A stretch of 64,000 nucleotides of DNA from Phallusia mammillata. Taxonomy: Eukaryota. Both the position numbers and the translations under genes were made by a program. Below, in pieces: positions 34,901 to 45,945 of the stretch (within the stretch, counting starts at the first letter, position 1; every line of letters starts with the position of its first letter). The DNA lies in assembly GCA_965637545.1 (NCBI GenBank), contig OZ281495.1, positions 20,770,001-20,834,000 on the forward strand, in the 5' to 3' direction. The notes under the pieces are model-generated. The model did no database searches and was not told where the DNA came from. It was given only the letters and a program-made list of their open reading frames with translations.

Positions 34901-37900
34901 GGAAAATGGGTACCAACAAGCGAGACAGTTACTGTACGACCACTTTGGCAAGTCACATATAATCGCTCATGCATGTGTAAGGTGTGTTGTCAACGGTCCA
35001 GAATTGCGACCGAACGATGCTGCTGGTTTAAGTGAGTTTGCGCAGTCGCTGCGCGATGGTTTACTTACACTTTCAGACATTGACGAGCATTCCGAGATGA
35101 ATCATTACCCTACGTTGATTGCTGTTGTGAATCTTCTACCGTTCAAGATGCAAGAGGCTTGGAAACGGCATATTGAGAAAATACTCAGAGATGCTGGCCG
35201 TGAATCTTTGTTTGGGCATCTTGTGGACTTTGTGGAAACTGAGGATCGGATTGCAAATTTGTTGTTCAGCCGCCAGTCATGTCGTTGTAAGCGAACAAGA
35301 ATCTAGGCCTAAGGTTCGTGCCGGACCTTCACACTTTCCTACTACCCCGTTGTGCCAGTGCTGTTCGGGAAACCATGGGCTTGCTAAGTGCGAGGAATTT
35401 AAATCCATATCTTACCGCGATCGTCTGCGCGTCACCCGGCGCCACAGACTCTGATAATTGTTTCGGATTGGGGCACTTTGCTACTAAGTGCACCAGCCCC
35501 AAAGCGTGTACCGTGAGGGACTGCAATGAAGCCCATCACACCTTGTTGCATCCGCCAGAGAAGAGAGAGGATGAGTCTCCTGTCAAAGGACCTGCGCCGG
35601 AACGGACTGTTTGTTCGGTTGTGACGGCGATTGAAAAGGACTGTCATGCCTCCTCTGGTAGACAGAGCGTCAACTTGATAATGGTTGCGGTCAAGGTCCG
35701 TGCTAACGGTATGACTGTTGATACGTACGATACGTAAACTGACAGACAAGCTTGGGCTGCGAGGTGAACCTAGCAACGTGGGGCTTAAAACGATCAACGG
35801 GGACAGTCGCAGGCGCAAGGGCAAAATAGTTAATTTATCTGTTGCTTCGCTCGATGGCTCCACAACTTTGGAACTTTTATGAGGTGTTCGCTGTTGATTG
35901 TCTGCCTATTACCGCCAACAAGTTTCCGAGAAACGCGGAATTGGATGCGCTGCCACATATCAGAGACCTGTCATTCCCACAGGTAGATTGCAGTGAAGCT
36001 TTGCTGCTCATCAGGCTGGACGTTCCAGAGGCCTTTCTCGTGCAAGAGGTACAAAAGGGAAAACCGAAGCAACCTATCGCATTTAGGGTTCCACTTGGAT
36101 GGGCATTGGGAGGACCTCTCTCTAACAAGTCAACCGATTTGTTTTCCGTCAACTTTACTCAAGTTGCCGATGATTCGCTGCAAGAGAAGTTAGAGCGAAT
36201 GTGGAAGACCGACTTCCAAGACACTAACGCCGACTCGATGCCTATGTCGCGTGAAGACCGGTACGTCTTGGATAAAATGAAAACAAGTGTGAAATTCAAG
36301 CAAGGTCATTATGAGTTGCCGTTGCCATGGCGCCCGAACGCACAACCGCTTCGGTGCAACCGTGATATGACGCTAAACCGTTTGGGTTCTTTGGAACGTC
36401 GCCTGAGACACGACGTCGTGCTACGCGATGCGTATACAAAGACGGTACAGGGTTATATAGCTAAAGGCTATGCCGAAGAAGTTCCAGATGAGAAACAGTC
36501 TGCAGAGGTAGTTTGGTACCTGCCTCATCACCCCGTTACAAATCCACACAAGCCCGGTAAAGTTCGGGTGGTTTTTGACTGTGCCGCCAGATACCGCGAC
36601 CAGTCGTTAAATGATGCTTTACTCCAGGGTCCGGATCTGACCAATTCCTTAGTACAGGGGTTCCTAACCTATGGTACGCGAAGGTTTTTCATGTGGTACG
36701 CGAGTAGCTTCCGTTTTTTCACAAAAGCCTGGTTTCACAACTTTACATTTTGTTTACGGTAAACAAAAACAAAAATCTCATTCAATTCAGTTGTGGTGCT
36801 TTAGTGTTATTTTAGTAGGCCATTATTCTTCTGAATAAAATATGATTCGATCAAATTAGTTGTTCTGCAAGAAGTGGTACGAGTGGCAGTGCAGAGCTTC
36901 CAAGTGGTAGAAGATCGTATAAAGGTTGGGAACCCCTGCCCTAGTAGGAGTTCTTTCAAGGTTTCGGATGGAAAAGGTAGCTCTTGTGGCCGACGTGGAG
37001 GCCATGTTTCATGAGATCCGTGTAAAACCGACAGATTGCGATGCACTTCGGTTGTTGTAGTGGCCTGATGGCGATGTGTCGAAGAAGCCCACCGCATACA
37101 GGATGCTTGTTCATTTGTTTGGAGCGACGTCTTCCCCTTCCTGTGCGAGTTTTTGTCTTAAACAAGCCGCTGATGATTTGCAAATCGAATTTTCTAATGA
37201 AGTTGTCGAAACTGTAGAAAAGAATTTCTACGTTGACGACTGTTTAAAATCCGTGTCGACTGAAGCAGAAGCAGTTCAGTTGCCTATAGCCTACACCAGA
37301 AGGTCAATCCTGTCGGTGGTAAGTTCCTTATACGATCCTCTTGGCTTTGCAGCGCCTGTGATCGTGGTGGCCAAGACGATGCAAAGAGATCTCTGCAGAA
37401 AACAGCTGGGATGGGACGACGTGCTTTCCGATGAAGACTCCGAAACTTGGGCAAAATGGTTACAGCAAAGAGACGTCGTTCTGCCAAGATGTGTGAAGCC
37501 GATTTCTGCCAAGATGTGTGAAGAAGATTTTGTTAAGGTGCGAAAAACGGAATTGCACCATTTTGCAGATGCCTCATCCACAGCTTACGATGAGGTGATC
37601 TATTTGAGGCTGGTAGACGAGCGGGGACACATACACTGCTCGTTTGTAATAGGCAAGGCACGCGTTGCCCCCCTGAAGACATGTTCGATTCCCCGCCTGG
37701 AGCTGACGGCGGCCGTTGTTGCAGCCAAGTTGGATCGACTTGTGACAAAGGAGCTGCAACTGAACGAACGCCAATCCGTGTTCTGGACGGATTCGACTGC
37801 GGTTCTTCAAAGTATTCGCAACTGCAATAAGCGCTTTCCAGTGTATGTTGCAAATCGCTTGGCCAAAATCGAGGATGTTTCCCGGCCTACGCAATGGAGA

Positions 37901-40900
37901 CACGTCAGCACCAAGGTAAATCCAGCTGACGAAGCGTCTCGTGGAATCAGTATGAATAAATTCCTTGGGTCCAGCCGATGGCTTAATGGACCCCAGTTTT
38001 TTGGGGAGCAAGAAAATACATGGCCCACCTGTCCAGACTTGTCGACATTGCCATTTGAGTTTCTTCTGGCCAAGAAAGAAACTCAAACCGTTTGTCTGGT
38101 CGCCAGTGAGTCCGCTACGGATCGACTCATTGCCAGATACTCATCACTCAATCGTATGTTACATCTTATTTGCCAGTAATTGCCGATTTCTGTTGATTCC
38201 CGCATTTCCTAAGTACAACTTGTGTTGTAATCTATTGCGTTGTGTGACGTAACAAATGACTGCCAGTTTTGTGTGATAACGCAACGTGGTTTAGTTCTTT
38301 TCGTTGCTGACTTCCGTGGAGCGCGGTGCTGCGTCGGTTGTTTGAGAAAAGCAGTTTATTGTCGTGTTGACGATTGTTAGTGAGTCACTTTGTATATATG
38401 TGTTTAATGACTCAATATTGTGAATTACTATAATGAATGCGAACATAACTGCAATGACTTAAAATGTCATTTCGCTTTATATTAGTTGTACTCTACTTGT
38501 AATTGGGTTCATTCACGTTGCTAAAGTTGTAATTGTTTACGCAGCGTTCTTGCACGATACTCACGTGAACCGTGATTTTCTACCCTGTTGCTCTACATCG
38601 CTTGGTAAGCATTGTGTATGGCGTCATTATGGCATATTGTGGTCTCATGTTTTATCGTGTATTTAGGTGTGTGACAGTGATTTCTGGGATTGCCCGTGTT
38701 ATTTGTTTTCTTCCGGTTCCCATAACAGTTGGTGAGCTTAAAGTTACATTCCTACATTAAAGCGCAGTGCTAATGCCATGTCTTTGTAGAAATCGTTTCC
38801 TATCGTTGCTATCGCCTCTCACCGTCCTCTTCATTGAAAGTGTTTGAATAGAAGATCTACAAAACACACTCTCTGTGTGGACTGCTTGTTGGAGACCTTT
38901 AGGAATCGCGTTTCAATTCCCCCTCGTGTGACGTTCCGCGCTTAGAAGCCTCAAAAAAAGTCTAAGAATAGACCCAGAATAGACCAAAAATGGACCCAGA
39001 AAAGAGCCAGAATTCACCCTGAATAGACCCGCGACAAAGTCGAAAATAAGCTATATATAGTAGAGCAAAATATTGGCTATTGCGTGAAACCTTTTTTCCT
39101 TAAAGTTATAGAATTCATTTTATGGCAAAGGTGCAATTTATAAAGTCATAGGGCCCTCGACCGAGCTGCTATGCTTCTTCTCAAGTACGAGCGGCTGTGT
39201 TCTACTTTAAACTTGAAACGGAAACGACAGTATAAACAAGAGGAAGTATGCGTAATGATAAACGAACACCTTATGTTTGTGCAGAACATTCTAGAATAAC
39301 CAATTGGTTAAATTGGTTAGTCATTTAAATGACTCAAAATATCTTATGACTTGCATGGGAACGGAAATACCAACACTTAAATCCTGTTATAAAGAGGCTA
39401 AACACTTCCCCTACATGCTTTGCAACATTATTGCAAACAACATGCTGACGTTAAACATAAACTTTGTGCACATTAATATCATGACCACTACACATGCGAC
39501 CCCATTTTTTTCAACACTGAGAAAAAATTTTTAAGTAATGCTGAACCGAAAGAAAAATTACGCAAACTGTACATAATTACAAACAAATATGGCGATACAT
39601 AAGTATTACGAAAAAATGGCTATACAAAAGCATTACGAAAAAAGTTTTTAAGGCGTTTCATTTAAGACATAAACCCTATTTTCGGAACACAAACTTGTCA
39701 AATTGTTCAACATTTAACTTGCACTGTTAGTGAGATGGTTGCGCCTGCATACTGTCCACAAGTTTTTGAAGCCACGGCTTGACTGTGCATAAGCTCAACC
39801 GCATGTCATGCTCCACTTCCAATCGATTACGATGTTTCGTTTTTAATACACTCATTGCACTAAATCCTGCTTCACACAGCCACGTGGTTGAAAACAGGAT
39901 TAGAAAAATTTGGCATAGTTGGGTACGTTGCATAAATAACTATTCACTCGTTCTGGTGTCACCTTAAATAATACAAACTTATAGTGTTGAGTCATAATAC
40001 ACCTTGTCGAAACCATTGTTACGCGATAAAGGCATTTTCTGTTTTTCCACTACCACGATTTAATTGCAACAGGAGGTGGCAAGCTGTGCTACAAAACAAG
40101 AGCAAAAGTTGCGATCTAAAAGAACATAATATTAGTTTCATTTTCTGTAATCAATTTTAAAATGCAATAAATTAAATTCGGCGACGTATTGCGACCCCAG
40201 AAAAAGTTTAGGCGACCCCACTTGGGGTCGCGACCCATAGGTTGACGACCACTGCCATATGCTCATCGCACCTTGGAAATTCGAACTGGAGGAAAAAGGA
40301 GCCCTTTGCTGCAAGAACTCCACTGGGGTGGTCATTGATCGGTCCATCACCAGATAAAAAGTATGTGCACGCCAATCGAATCAAAACTTTAGAGCTAGAC
40401 CAAAGAATACAAAGGTTATGGTACCAAGATTTTTGTGAAGAACCCGGCGATTTGCAATTCCCCATCTAAGCAAGACAGAAAGGTTTTAAAGTAAATTAAG
40501 GAAGAAATTAAACATGTGGATGGACATTTTGTCTTACCTTTACCCAAGAGAAATAGTCTAAAATTACCTGGAGACAATTTGGTTTCAGCACAAAGAAGAT
40601 TACTGGATTTGCAAAGGAGCCTGCAAAAAGATGACTTTCTTTGCAAAAGGTATGTGGAAAGAATTCAAGAATATGTTGATAAAGGATATGCTGAAGAGGT
40701 GCCAACTGAAGAACTGCAAACAAGTGACCAAACGTGTTACCTTCCTCACCCCCAGTTTATCATCTACATAAACCAGACAAAGTCAGAGTTGTCTTTGACT
40801 GTGCTACAAGACAGAAAGGTGTGTCCTTAAATGATTTTTTTATGCAGGGTCCTGACCTTGTAAACAGCCTGGTCAGTGTGCTGACCCGCTTCCGCATGAA

Positions 40901-43900
40901 TCAAATTGCAAATGTTGGTTATGTGGAAGCTGTGTTCCACCAAGTTATAGTAAAGAAGAATCCAATCTGCTGAGATTTTTATGGTGGCCTGAAGGTGATC
41001 TTACAAAAAAAAAATTCAACAAATGTTAGTCCACATACTTGGGGCTGCCTCATCCCCTTGTATGGCTACATTTTGTTTGAAGCACACAACTGAAGAACTT
41101 GGACATGAGTTTGACATAGTGAAGCACAATTTCTATGTAGATGATTGTTTTGCATCTGCACCTACTGAAGAGGAAGCAATTAAAACTGTTTTCCAACTTT
41201 GTAAATTACTACAAAAAGGAGGTTTTTATCTCACAAAGTGGATTTTAAACAGTCAAGCAGTTTTGGACCAGATCCCTGAACACGAAACAGCAAAATCAAT
41301 GAAAGATATCAGCCCGAAAGAAAGTGTCAAGGAAAGAGTGCTGGGCGTGTATTGGAATGTATTTGAGGACAAGTTTGGATTTCGAACAAGAAGCTATATT
41401 CCTGAAGAAACACTTACCAGAAGAAGACTGTTGTCAGTCATTAATTCCCTATTTGATCCTCTTGGTTTTGCAGCACCTGTTGTTCTGATTGCAAAAAGAA
41501 TTCAGCAAGAAGTTTTTCAATTGAAGTTGGGCTGAGATGATGCAATACCAGAATTCCTGTCCAAGAATTGAAAAAAATAGTGTGGTCAGCTGCCTGAACT
41601 TAAGCAGCTTTTATTGCCAAGATGTTTGAACCCGCCACATTTCGGAAGAGTAATTGAATGCCAAATTCACCATTTCTGTGATGCATCTGTAAATGGTTAT
41701 GGATTTGTAACTAACCTTCGACAATAAGATGAGAATCATTGTGTACGTTGTTCTTTCTTCTTTGGGAAAAAAAGGTCACTCCACCTAAAAGTGAAAGCAT
41801 TCCCAGATTGGAACTTGTTGCAGCTGTTCTTGCTGCTAAAGCTGACATGTGGTTACGAGAACACTTAGATTACCCTGATTGTAAGTCTACATTTTGGACT
41901 GTCTCAAGTGCTGTTCTCTTTAGCATTTCAAATGAGAGAAAGCGTTTTTCACATTTGTGGCAAATCGTTTATCAAAAATACATCAGCAGACTACCACATC
42001 TCAATGGACGAATCCTGCTGATGAAGCATCACGAGGAATTACAATGAAGAAGCTGCTTGGATCAAGTTTAGTCCGAGATTTTTAGAGAAGCATGAAAGTT
42101 CTTGGCCAAGCAACCCTGCCTATAAAGAATGTTGTACCAGATGAATTTAAGCCAATTGCAGTAAAAAAGTCAATGGCAACTTGCTGTTTTACAATCAACC
42201 CTGTTGACACTAAAATAAACAGGTTTTCATCATTGTTTAAGTTAAAGAAGGCAGTAGCCTGAATATTGTGGTTCAAACTCTACCTGCATTCGAAGAAACC
42301 TGTGCAGAAGGGAAAACTGACTGTTGAAGAGATTTTAAAGGCATAGCTGGAATTGGTAAAGTATGTCCAAAGGTCAGCATTTCCAATTGCATTTGAAGCT
42401 TTGTAAAAATCAGACACAGATCAAAAGGGTCGTCGCTGGTTGAAAAGGTCTAACCAAACAAACCCGCAACTGATAAGTGGTGTCATTCGACTAGGAGGAA
42501 GATTGGACAACGCACCTTTTCGAATCCAGACATCCTATTATCTTGCCAAGTAATCACCATTTGACAAAGCTGATTGTTATGCATTACCACGAGCAAGCCG
42601 GTCATTCGGGTACTGTACATACATGGACGGTGATTCGTCAGAAGTTCTGGATTATCAAAGGTGGTGCAGCTGTTCGTCGTGCTCTCGTGCACTGCATACC
42701 TTGCTTTAAGCACAATGTGCCTCACAGTCAGCAATTGATGGCAGATCTACCACCAGCACGCTTGAAGCCGAACGAGCCACCCTTTTCGTATGCCGGAATT
42801 GATTTTTTCGGTCCGTTTTTAGTACAGCGCGGACGCAGCGAAGTGAAGAGATATGGCTGCATTTTTACCTGCATGACGATGCCTGCCGTGCATATCGAAG
42901 TTGCCGAAGATTTGTCAACCGAATAGTTTATAAACGCCTTAAGAAGATTTATCGCCCGAAGAGGAAAGTCGGTTGAAATTTTTAGCGATAATAGAACGAA
43001 TTTTGTGGAAGCAGAGCGTGTGCTACGCAAAGCCCTAGCAGAGCTAAACCAGAAGAAGCTGGAAGGTCATCTTCAACAGAAAGGAATAAAATGAATGTTT
43101 CCCCAGCAGCAAGTCACATGGGTGGCATATGGGAGAGATTAATCCGTTTCATCCGAAAAATCTTGAATTTGATGCTACACAAGTCCCCGATAGTTAGTGA
43201 AGATACCCTACGTACGTTGATGGTGGAAGTTGAAAATATACTTAACTCCAGACCGTTGACGCCTGTCACGTTTAGTCCAAGCAACGACGTTCCTTTGACA
43301 CCTAATCACATCCTGTTGCAGAAGCCAAGCCCTATCATGACACCTGGGCAATTTGACGAAAAGTACAACTACACTCGCCGTCGCTGGCGCCATGTGCAGT
43401 TTTTAGCCGACGAATTTTGGAGACGAGTGGCCAAGGAGTACTTGCCAACCATCGCTTTGCGGCAGAAGTGGCCAGACCGAAGAAAAAATATCGAAGTCGG
43501 CGATTTCGTTCTCGTTGTTAACGAATCTATGCCCCGTCGAGGCTGGGACCTTAGTTGAGTTATAAATACCTATCCGGACAAATACGGAGTTGTCAGACGA
43601 GTTGACGTAAAAACGAAATCGAGCATAATCAAAAGGCCAATTGCAAAGTTGTGCCTTGTTGTTGAGGCCAGCGGTTCCCAAGTGCATCCGACACGCCCCG
43701 ACAACTAGTCGTTGATTACTAGTGTTGAGCGTGGTGCACTAGATTGAAAGAAGACATGAAGAAATGAACGCTATGCTGTTGAGCTAACACCCACGCTTGT
43801 TTATTTATACAGGCGTTTGATTGCTGCAACTAGCCAATTGAAATTGGCAGATTTTCGTCGCTATCACGTGTGAATTTACAATGTTTTTTGTGTTTGTGTA

Positions 43901-45529
43901 TTGAAAATGTACTCTTCTGAGCCGTACATTTGTGGGGGAGGATTTTACATAGCAAATAACTGTTTTTGTCTACCGCCTCCCCATATTGTAAGTTTCAGTG
44001 TAAATAGCGCAACCATGTGGATACTTTCGCGCCTCATGTTCGACAAGTTTGCCGGAAACGTCGGTAGTTCGTTTCGTGTGTCTAGAAAACTACTGTCGTT
44101 TGTTTTTCAGGAAAAATAATTAAATTATTTGTTAAATCTTCAGTAACCTGTTTCGTATTGCTGTGCACATAAAGTCTGCCAGTAAATCGTGAAGGTTTTT
44201 TGGTAAGTGTTGTTTTATTTGCTTGTTTATCTTTGTCAACATTTACTTACGTTGGAGTTTACTTATTTTCCGTTATCATTTTTGTGTACTGAAAATAGCT
44301 TAATAATTAAAGCGTCAAAACTTCAGTCTTACCAAAAGGCGAACACTAAAAAGCAATTTTTATATTATTAAAAAGTACATATTTCAATTCAAAACACATA
44401 GTAATGCAAAAGTTTCTTCTGCAAAAATTATGTGAATTAACAAACAAAGTTAATACAAAAACCTTGCCAGCAAAAACAATCAGTTTAGTATTTGGTCTTA
44501 ACTTTTTGTGGTAATAAACTCACCTCATGCACATAATCCGAAAAAGCTCTCGGAGTTGGATCACACACAATCAGAATAAGCTTCACATCAGGAATAGATG
44601 TTTTGATTCTGTATGGAATGTTTGTTGGAGGAAAAGCAAAATATATTGGTGTCTTTTCCATTGCGATTTGTTTATCGTTTGTCGGTGGCATTTTTTTCCT
44701 GCAAATTAAACATTCGTTATATCTGTTAAAACAATCTCCAAATAAGTAAACTTTTTGTTTTTTTAACAGAATTAAGGTACTTGACTGAAGTTATTTACCT
44801 ATAAGAATCCAAAGCTGGTAATTTCGGTAGCGAGAAAAAGAAGCTTTCCATTTGTTTAGGAATTCGAATCAGTGGATGGTGGTTAAGAAAAGCGATTATT
44901 CCATGGGTTCCACATTTTTTTATTCCGATGCCAATCACTTTTGGCAAGCGTTGCTTCTCATTCTGCCAAGTAGCCCTAATTAATTTTTTAGTCGTGGCAA
45001 AATACAGGCAGTACACAATTGAATAGGTTGAATATCTACATTCCTAACCATTATTATGAAATGACAGAATAAAGGCGCCCATTGATCATATTTATAATCA
45101 AAGTTACACCATCACACTTAGCCATAATGCAAATGCTAAAAAATGTGATAAACAAATTCAAATAGTGAATTAATCCTGATTTAATTCAGAAAACATAAGT
45201 ACCCGAAAATTTACTGCGATGTATTGTTTAATCTCCTTTAACTGGTTTTCCCGATGTAACAATCTACGTTCGTATTCTGAGTTAGTACTTGCTTCCATTA
45301 GACTTTTGGGACTGACATAATCTGAAAACGAACTTCGAGCTCTAAGTTATATTTTAGCTTTTTGATATACTGCAAACTTACTTGCGCCAAAACGGCTTTT
45401 TAGCATTGCACGATCTTGAAAGTAACTCCATTTTATAAATGCAACCAGAAGCAAAACACATATTATTCCGATTGTGATTTTTGGCAGTCTTGACTTCCAA
45501 ATGCATCTCAGATATTTTGTATAGCTCAT
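22969..45529 (-). CDS. HS3ST-like Golgi sulfotransferase copy A, 4 exons (45529-45203, 44962-44799, 44698-44524, 23568-22969), ~421 codons, in-frame TAA at codon 61
   Basis: GT-AG sites with compatible phases (0, 2, 0); N-terminal signal-anchor ITIGIICVLLLVAFI; LPKVIGIGIKKCGT (5'-PSB loop), ESFFF, MEKTP, CDPTPRAFSDY (3'-PB), NGIY, GLFC, CLGGGKGR and FYRPFNQQF motifs. Joining exon 3 to exon 4 across 21 kb is inferred: it is the only intact downstream exon 4 on this strand. Confidence 0.8.
24611..25270 (+). repeat. Six tandem 110-bp units in the CACTA left subterminal region
   Basis: cgtttttatgtggttaaatataatg recurs at 24611, 24721, 24831, 24941, 25051 and 25161; degenerate copies flank the array. 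Confidence 0.95.
25383..25722. mobile_element. 340-bp TSD-flanked insertion: perfect 84-bp inverted repeat enclosing a tRNA-like sequence, plus an 80-bp tail
   Basis: Arms 25383-25466 and 25559-25642 are exact reverse complements; flanked by the direct repeat TTAATTCAAACG (25371-25382, 25723-25734). Confidence 0.9.
25475..25547 (-). ncRNA. tRNA-like cloverleaf (SINE-head-like) with Pol III A/B boxes
   Basis: GCCTGTG TA GCTC AGTTGGTA GAGC GC GAGTC CCGGAAA GACTC CGGTC GTGGG TTCGAAT CCCAC CGCAGGC: all four stems pair. It is non-canonical (C33, 2-nt D/anticodon linker) and is followed by AGA-TTTTT. Confidence 0.7.
26113..28074 (+). CDS. CACTA/EnSpm transposase, intact, ~653 aa
   Basis: FNIDGLPVFKS, WPILC, CDAPARA...GYFGCDKC, IDYMHQVCLG, WKATEFRQF, YNVHSLLHL, FAFENY; first true ATG at 26113. 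Confidence 0.92.
   Translation: MNEQRKEYKRLWMKKYRARKCRKVTILESSESDGDTPTTSQTLKKNVISEKVNCAKTNTGYLSDHSFAEESVMGPNYSSDEGAVLSSKFKKYQHCHDSDSSSSDCDAENCLKSDVNKWVNQFQIKHNAVDSLLHILRNHGHSNLPKTCRALVSTSRLVKTVKVSGMDYYYFGIQSQIALLFDSVHPINYPNVLELSFNIDGLPVFKSRNSCFWPILCSVWFNEFRQCVFPVSLSYGESKPSSLQFLQDMVHELKDLIKNGLSVNGYFMEVKLHSVICDAPARAMVKSTKLCSGYFGCDKCTQKGYWCGRVTYPLVSQLVERTDMSFRQQTNQEHHHAVSPFCDLEIDMVKHFPIDYMHQVCLGVMKKLLLTWIRGKRNVKLSASQISEISNRLLALKSYVPKCFARKPRTLLEIDRWKATEFRQFLIYTGKIVLKKVLSNELYEHFMLLSAAISIFISPSLCKTNACLAHSLLCTFVTQSTTLYGEEFLVYNVHSLLHLISDVKEYGPLDNFGAFAFENYMHKIKRFVRCGKNPLVQVIKRVQEIGFSELNYQSVPQVTFSKPPNNAYVVCKSETVKCVEMVESNDKSCLCRVYSNVQPLFMEPFNSSLIHAYNININKSCMETLDITSVTFKRAVCIKQGNFVRLMCILHHL
28122..30105 (+). 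pseudogene. Spliced second gene of the CACTA element (DUF4806-like C-terminus), apparently disrupted
   Basis: Phase-compatible GT-AG exons 28122-28323, 28379-28504, 28738-28767, 28830-28859, 29019-29063, 29123-29310, 29377-29529, 29614-29720 and 30016-30105; motifs AIVEF...VEVIPSTWI and SLGG...YSYKGRKGKRAF; frameshift near 29415, and the exon 7/8 junction reads TAA. Confidence 0.7.
33018..33501. mobile_element. 484-bp MITE with long TIRs and 8-bp TSD (P-element-like termini) inside LTR-B
   Basis: TSD TCTGGGAT; ~100-bp imperfect TIRs starting CAAAGT; absent from the matching position in the 3' LTR (~38685); related sequence at ~9485-9690. Confidence 0.85.
36655..36938. mobile_element. 284-bp hAT MITE inserted in Pao RT
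   Basis: TIRs CAGGGGTTCCTAACCT / AGGTTGGGAACCCCTG; TSD ccttagta / ccctagta; removal restores GPDLTNSLVGVLSRFR. Confidence 0.92.
39727..39933 (-). mobile_element. hAT (Buster/SCAND3-ZBED8-like) transposase C-terminal remnant
   Basis: LFSTTWLCEAGFSAMSVLKTKHRNRLEVEHDMRLSL...AQPSH* is the typical Buster-type dimerization-domain end. Confidence 0.85.
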
Positions 45530-45945
45530 ATTTCCATCAATTATATTGATACTGTTACTAAGAACATACGAAATTTGTTTCGTGTTCGTCGCAAATTCTG
45601 TAATAAATGATGCAAAATGTGATTATATTTGTTTGTTTTTCTGTTGGCAAAATTAAACAAACAAAAACAGCAAATATTTTCGTATTTTTGTAGAAAATCT
45701 TGATTAATACCTTAATATGAGGTGAAAGAAAAAGACAAACATCATGACAAGACAAACAAGTTGTGTTAAAAGGTTTTGATTTTTTGTGTAATTGTAAAAG
45801 TTAGAACATGTGTTTTTCTAAACGTTTTTGAAAATTGCAACAAAATAGGAAAAGCATGTCAAAACAGAAAAATATGATTTTTTTTCAGTTTAACACAGCA
45901 AACACATAGCATCTTGCGGTCACCAAGGTTAGCAAGATACATTAC

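Larger units (their letters stand above)
32489..38939 (+). mobile_element. Inner BEL/Pao LTR retrotransposon (B), integrase-less
   Basis: LTRs 32489-33808 (TGT...ACA, contains a MITE) and 38157-38939 (3'-truncated); gag with triple CCHC (CQCCSGNH...CFGLGH...CNEAHHTLLH), Pao RT (YLPHHPV, RVVFDCAA, GPDLTNSL, NFYVDD) and RNase H (HHFADAS, IPRLELTAA); several frameshifts; RNase H runs straight into the LTR. Confidence 0.9.
30930..44243 (+). mobile_element. Outer BEL/Pao LTR retrotransposon (A), decayed; gag missing
   Basis: 5' LTR starts tgttacat at 30930 (interrupted ~31021-31975, continues to ~32488). The 3' LTR at 43943-44243 follows the PPT gggggagga and is truncated. Internal 40258-43940 carries Pao RT, RNase H (IPRLELVAAV) and integrase (HHCC, GIDFFGP, SDNRTNF, GGIWERLI) with many stops. 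Confidence 0.85.

Noticed and set aside
37284-38086. Several antisense ORFs (also 7919-8227, 12482-13470, 35432-36152, 46346-46964)
   Set aside because: Shadow frames of transposon or NXPE coding sequence on the opposite strand.
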